In this document: positions 61,097-64,000 of the stretch, piece by piece
Numbering within the stretch: the first letter of the stretch is position 1
Layout: each line of letters starts with the position of its first letter
Source of the DNA: an uncultured delta proteobacterium
Lineage (GTDB): Bacteria; Myxococcota_A; Polyangia; Polyangiales; JAFGIB01
Direction of reading: 5' to 3'
DNA: 64,000 nucleotides
Assembly (NCBI GenBank): GCA_963778655.1
Contig: CAVZVA010000005.1
Coordinates: 352,001-416,000, forward strand
Position numbers and translations under genes: made by a program
The notes under the pieces: generated by a model
Told to the model about the DNA's origin: nothing
What the model saw: the letters and a program-made list of their open reading frames with translations, nothing else
Database searches by the model: none

Positions 61097-63745
61097 ATGG
61101 CTCAAGCCACGGTCCCGTCGTTCCGCGACACGTGCCGCGACTATCTGACCACGCATCGCTCCTCTCTGGCCGCGGCCGTGGAGGCGGGGCAGCGCGGTCT
61201 GCTGGTGTCGGAGGGCTACGCGCGCATGTACGACGGGTTGCTGGGCAGCCTGTGCTGCGCCGCGGCGGCCGAGCACCACGCCGGCGAGCAGCCGCTGGGG
61301 CGCGTGGCGCTGATTGCGGTGGGCGGCTACGGGCGGCGGCTGATGGCGCCGCACAGCGACGTGGACGTGCTATTTCTGTGCGACGACCCGACCGATCCGC
61401 GGATCGCGCAGCTCGCCGAATCGGTGCTCTACCCGCTGTGGGACGTGGGGGTGGACATCGGCCACGCGGTGCGCGGGCTGGGCGAGACGCTCGAGCTCAG
61501 CGAGTCCGACATCCGCACCTCGACCACGCTGCTCGACATGCGCCACGTCGCCGGTGACAAGCCGATCGTGCAGGAGCTGTGCGAGCGCGGCCGCAAGCTG
61601 ATCTTCCAGGAGCAGCTCGAGCGTTTCATCGCCGCGCTCGAGGCCGACACCGAGGCGCGGCACGAGCGCTTCGGCGAGTCGCTGTACGTGCGCGAGCCGG
61701 AGCTCAAGCTCGGCCGCGGCGGGCTGCGCGACCTCGACGTGATCCAGTGGTGCGTGCGCGCGCGCTTCGACGTCGAGACGCTGGAGCAGAGCGAGGCCAA
61801 CGGCGTGCTGACGCGCCACGAGATCGCCGACCTGCGCGCGGCCCAGGATCAACTGTGGACCGTGCGAAACCGGCTGCACCTGATGGCAGGCCGGCGCCAT
61901 GACCGGGTGACCTTCGAGGACCAGGAGGTGCTGGCGGCCAAGCTCGGCTATCGCGACGGGATGACGCTGGCGGTCGAGCAGTACATGCAGGCGCACTTTC
62001 GCCACGCGCGCGCCATCGCGCGGGTGGTCGACGTGATCGGCGACCGCGTGCGGCGCTCGTTGCGGCCGCCGCCCACCACCATCCGCGACCTTGGCGGCGG
62101 GGTACTGGTGCACGACCGCCACGTGACCTTCAAGCGCATGGATCTGAGCGACAATCCGTCGGTCACGTTCCGGCTCTACGGCTGCGTGGCGCGCGAGAAC
62201 CTGCCGCCCGACCCCGAGGCGCGCGACGCCATCTCGGCGGCGACGGCCGATCGCGACTGGGCCAAGCGGTTGCGGCGGCAGGACGAGGCGGCGACCATCT
62301 TCAGCCAGATCCTGACTCGCGCCGAAGTGGCGAAGGTGCGCCGGGGCTCGCTGATCCAGGAGCTGCACGAGGTCGGCTTGCTGCTGGCGATGATTCCGGA
62401 GCTGGAGGCGGTCACCGGGCGCGTGCGCCACGACGCCTATCACACCTACACGGTCGACGCGCAATCGATCATGGCGGTCGACCGCTTGCACGAGCTGGCG
62501 CGCGGCGAGCTGGCGGGCGATTTTCGCGTGGTCAGCCGCTGCGCCGCGGAGATGTCGCGCCCGCTCCCGCTGTACCTGGCGCTGCTGCTGCAGGGGCTGG
62601 GCACCGGCCATCCCGACGACCCGCCCAAGCACGCGGCAGCGATCGCGGGGCCGGTCGCCGAGCGGCTGGGGCTGGCGCTGGAGGACGTGCGCCACATGCA
62701 GTGGCTGATCGCGAGCCAGTCGATCATGTACTTCTGGGCCACGCGCCGCGACATCACCGATCCCAGCGTGATCACGGAGGTCGCGCGCGAGGTGCAGACC
62801 TCGCACCGGCTGCAGGACCTGTTCCTGTTCACCTTCTGCCAGGTCTCGACCGACAACCCAACCGCGATGAGCGCCTGGAACGCGCGCATGCTCGACGAGC
62901 TGTGGCAGGCGGTCTCCGACCACCTCGAGGGCCGCGGCAGTGGCGTGACCGAGCAGCTCGAGCGCGTGCGCCGCGAGGTCATGGCTGGGGTGGAGCCGGT
63001 CCAGCGCGCGCGGCTGGAGGCCTTCGTGGCACAGGCGCCGGAGCGCTACCTGCAGGCCAACAGCATCGAGCGCATCCGCGCGCACGCCGAGGTGGTCACG
63101 CAGCGCAAGGGTACGCTGGCGTTCGGCGCGAGCGAAGCCGGCAGCGGCCGTGGCACGCTCGAGCTGGTGATCGCGTGCGACGACCGGCCCGGGTTGCTCG
63201 CGGATCTCACCGCGGCGCTGGCCGCCGCGCGCTTCAGCGTGGATTCGGCCCAGCTGTATACGCTCAAGCCCGAAGGCCGGCCGGACGAGGCATTCGACGT
63301 GTTCAACGTCTCGCACTCGAACATGGAGTCTGCCGAGCTGATGCGGCCCGAGCTGGAGCGGCTGCGCGCCAATATCGAGGATCTGCTCTCGGGTCGCGTG
63401 CGCGCGGACGAGCTACTCGCGCGCCGCACGCAGCGCCCCTCGTGGGCGCGCCCCGGCCCGCGCATCAAGACCGAGATCCACGTAGACAATGCCTCCTCGC
63501 CTCGCTACACCATCGTCGACGTTTACACCCGCGACCGTCCCGACCTGTTGCACGTGATCGCGCGCACGCTGCACGAGAAGGGCCTGACGATCGCGCTGGC
63601 CAAGGTCAACACCGAGGGCGAGCGCGTCGCCGACGTGTTCTACGTGCAGGCGTTGGGGGTGGGCGGCAAGCTCGGCGGTGGTGCCGGGCAGCTGGCAGGC
63701 CTTTCGACTGCGCTGCGCGATGTGATACGCAGGCTCGACGAGTGA
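61097..63745 (+). CDS. glnD: PII uridylyltransferase GlnD (HD domain degenerate)
   Basis: GGYGR..MAPHSDVD, EPELK..RGGLRD, YH.YTVD, two ACT domains (DRPGLL, DRPDLL...DVFYV). Confidence 0.93.
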   Translation: MAQATVPSFRDTCRDYLTTHRSSLAAAVEAGQRGLLVSEGYARMYDGLLGSLCCAAAAEHHAGEQPLGRVALIAVGGYGRRLMAPHSDVDVLFLCDDPTDPRIAQLAESVLYPLWDVGVDIGHAVRGLGETLELSESDIRTSTTLLDMRHVAGDKPIVQELCERGRKLIFQEQLERFIAALEADTEARHERFGESLYVREPELKLGRGGLRDLDVIQWCVRARFDVETLEQSEANGVLTRHEIADLRAAQDQLWTVRNRLHLMAGRRHDRVTFEDQEVLAAKLGYRDGMTLAVEQYMQAHFRHARAIARVVDVIGDRVRRSLRPPPTTIRDLGGGVLVHDRHVTFKRMDLSDNPSVTFRLYGCVARENLPPDPEARDAISAATADRDWAKRLRRQDEAATIFSQILTRAEVAKVRRGSLIQELHEVGLLLAMIPELEAVTGRVRHDAYHTYTVDAQSIMAVDRLHELARGELAGDFRVVSRCAAEMSRPLPLYLALLLQGLGTGHPDDPPKHAAAIAGPVAERLGLALEDVRHMQWLIASQSIMYFWATRRDITDPSVITEVAREVQTSHRLQDLFLFTFCQVSTDNPTAMSAWNARMLDELWQAVSDHLEGRGSGVTEQLERVRREVMAGVEPVQRARLEAFVAQAPERYLQANSIERIRAHAEVVTQRKGTLAFGASEAGSGRGTLELVIACDDRPGLLADLTAALAAARFSVDSAQLYTLKPEGRPDEAFDVFNVSHSNMESAELMRPELERLRANIEDLLSGRVRADELLARRTQRPSWARPGPRIKTEIHVDNASSPRYTIVDVYTRDRPDLLHVIARTLHEKGLTIALAKVNTEGERVADVFYVQALGVGGKLGGGAGQLAGLSTALRDVIRRLDE

Positions 63746-63821
63746 GCGTCCGGGCTCGGGCAGCGGGCGTGACGCGCCCCGAGTGCGCCGAGCAGGGCAG
63801 CTTCGGGTGAAAGGAGCGGCG

Positions 63822-64000
63822 ATGGGCTTTGCATGGATTCTCGCGATCGTCGTGTCACTGGGGCTCGCGGCGTGCGGGGGCGGGGCGGTCGAGGCTACGC
63901 GTCCGGCCGCGGCCCTGCCCGAGGATCAGCCTGCGCCGCCGCCGGCGCGCTCGGTCCCGCAGGCCTCGGCGCTGGTCAAGCAAGGCGAGGCCAAGCTGCA
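63822..64000 (+). CDS. Lipoprotein, 3'-truncated by the window edge
   Basis: AAGGAG RBS; MGFAWILAIVVSLGLAAC lipobox; frame open to the window end. Confidence 0.7.
   Translation, partial: MGFAWILAIVVSLGLAACGGGAVEATRPAAALPEDQPAPPPARSVPQASALVKQGEAKL

Overview
High-GC (about 70% by eye) chromosomal segment, most likely from a Myxococcota bacterium of the Polyangiales/Sandaracinaceae type, inferred from the PEGA/TPR proteins, eukaryote-like Ser/Thr kinases, GYF/AgmX-like proteins and pilT-pilC-pilS order. It is mostly core genes (RND efflux pair, guaA, pfkA, rlmB, DEAD helicase, two-component pair, gpsA, lon, gyrA, hisB/hisA, manC, trpG/D/C, purM, amidase, glnD) interleaved with envelope genes. 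No tRNA, rRNA, CRISPR array or transposase was found. Items worth a second look: (1) eight copies of a palindromic REP-like element with 8-nt internal periodicity, several bracketing single genes; (2) a lone SctJ-like lipoprotein next to a pseudokinase-GYF-TM-AgmX/TonB-C-like protein; (3) a DUF3570/DUF4266 flavinylation-type module that has an SH3/beta-barrel protein and a CX10CH lipoprotein in place of ApbE/thioredoxin; (4) a TPR-PEGA plus Ser/Thr kinase pair inserted between pilT and pilC; (5) GlnD with a degenerate HD domain; (6) two hairpin-rich intergenic ncRNA candidates, a 171-bp MITE-like element, apparently leaderless promoters, and a frameshifted phosphomannomutase. All calls come from reading motifs by eye; no database searches were run.
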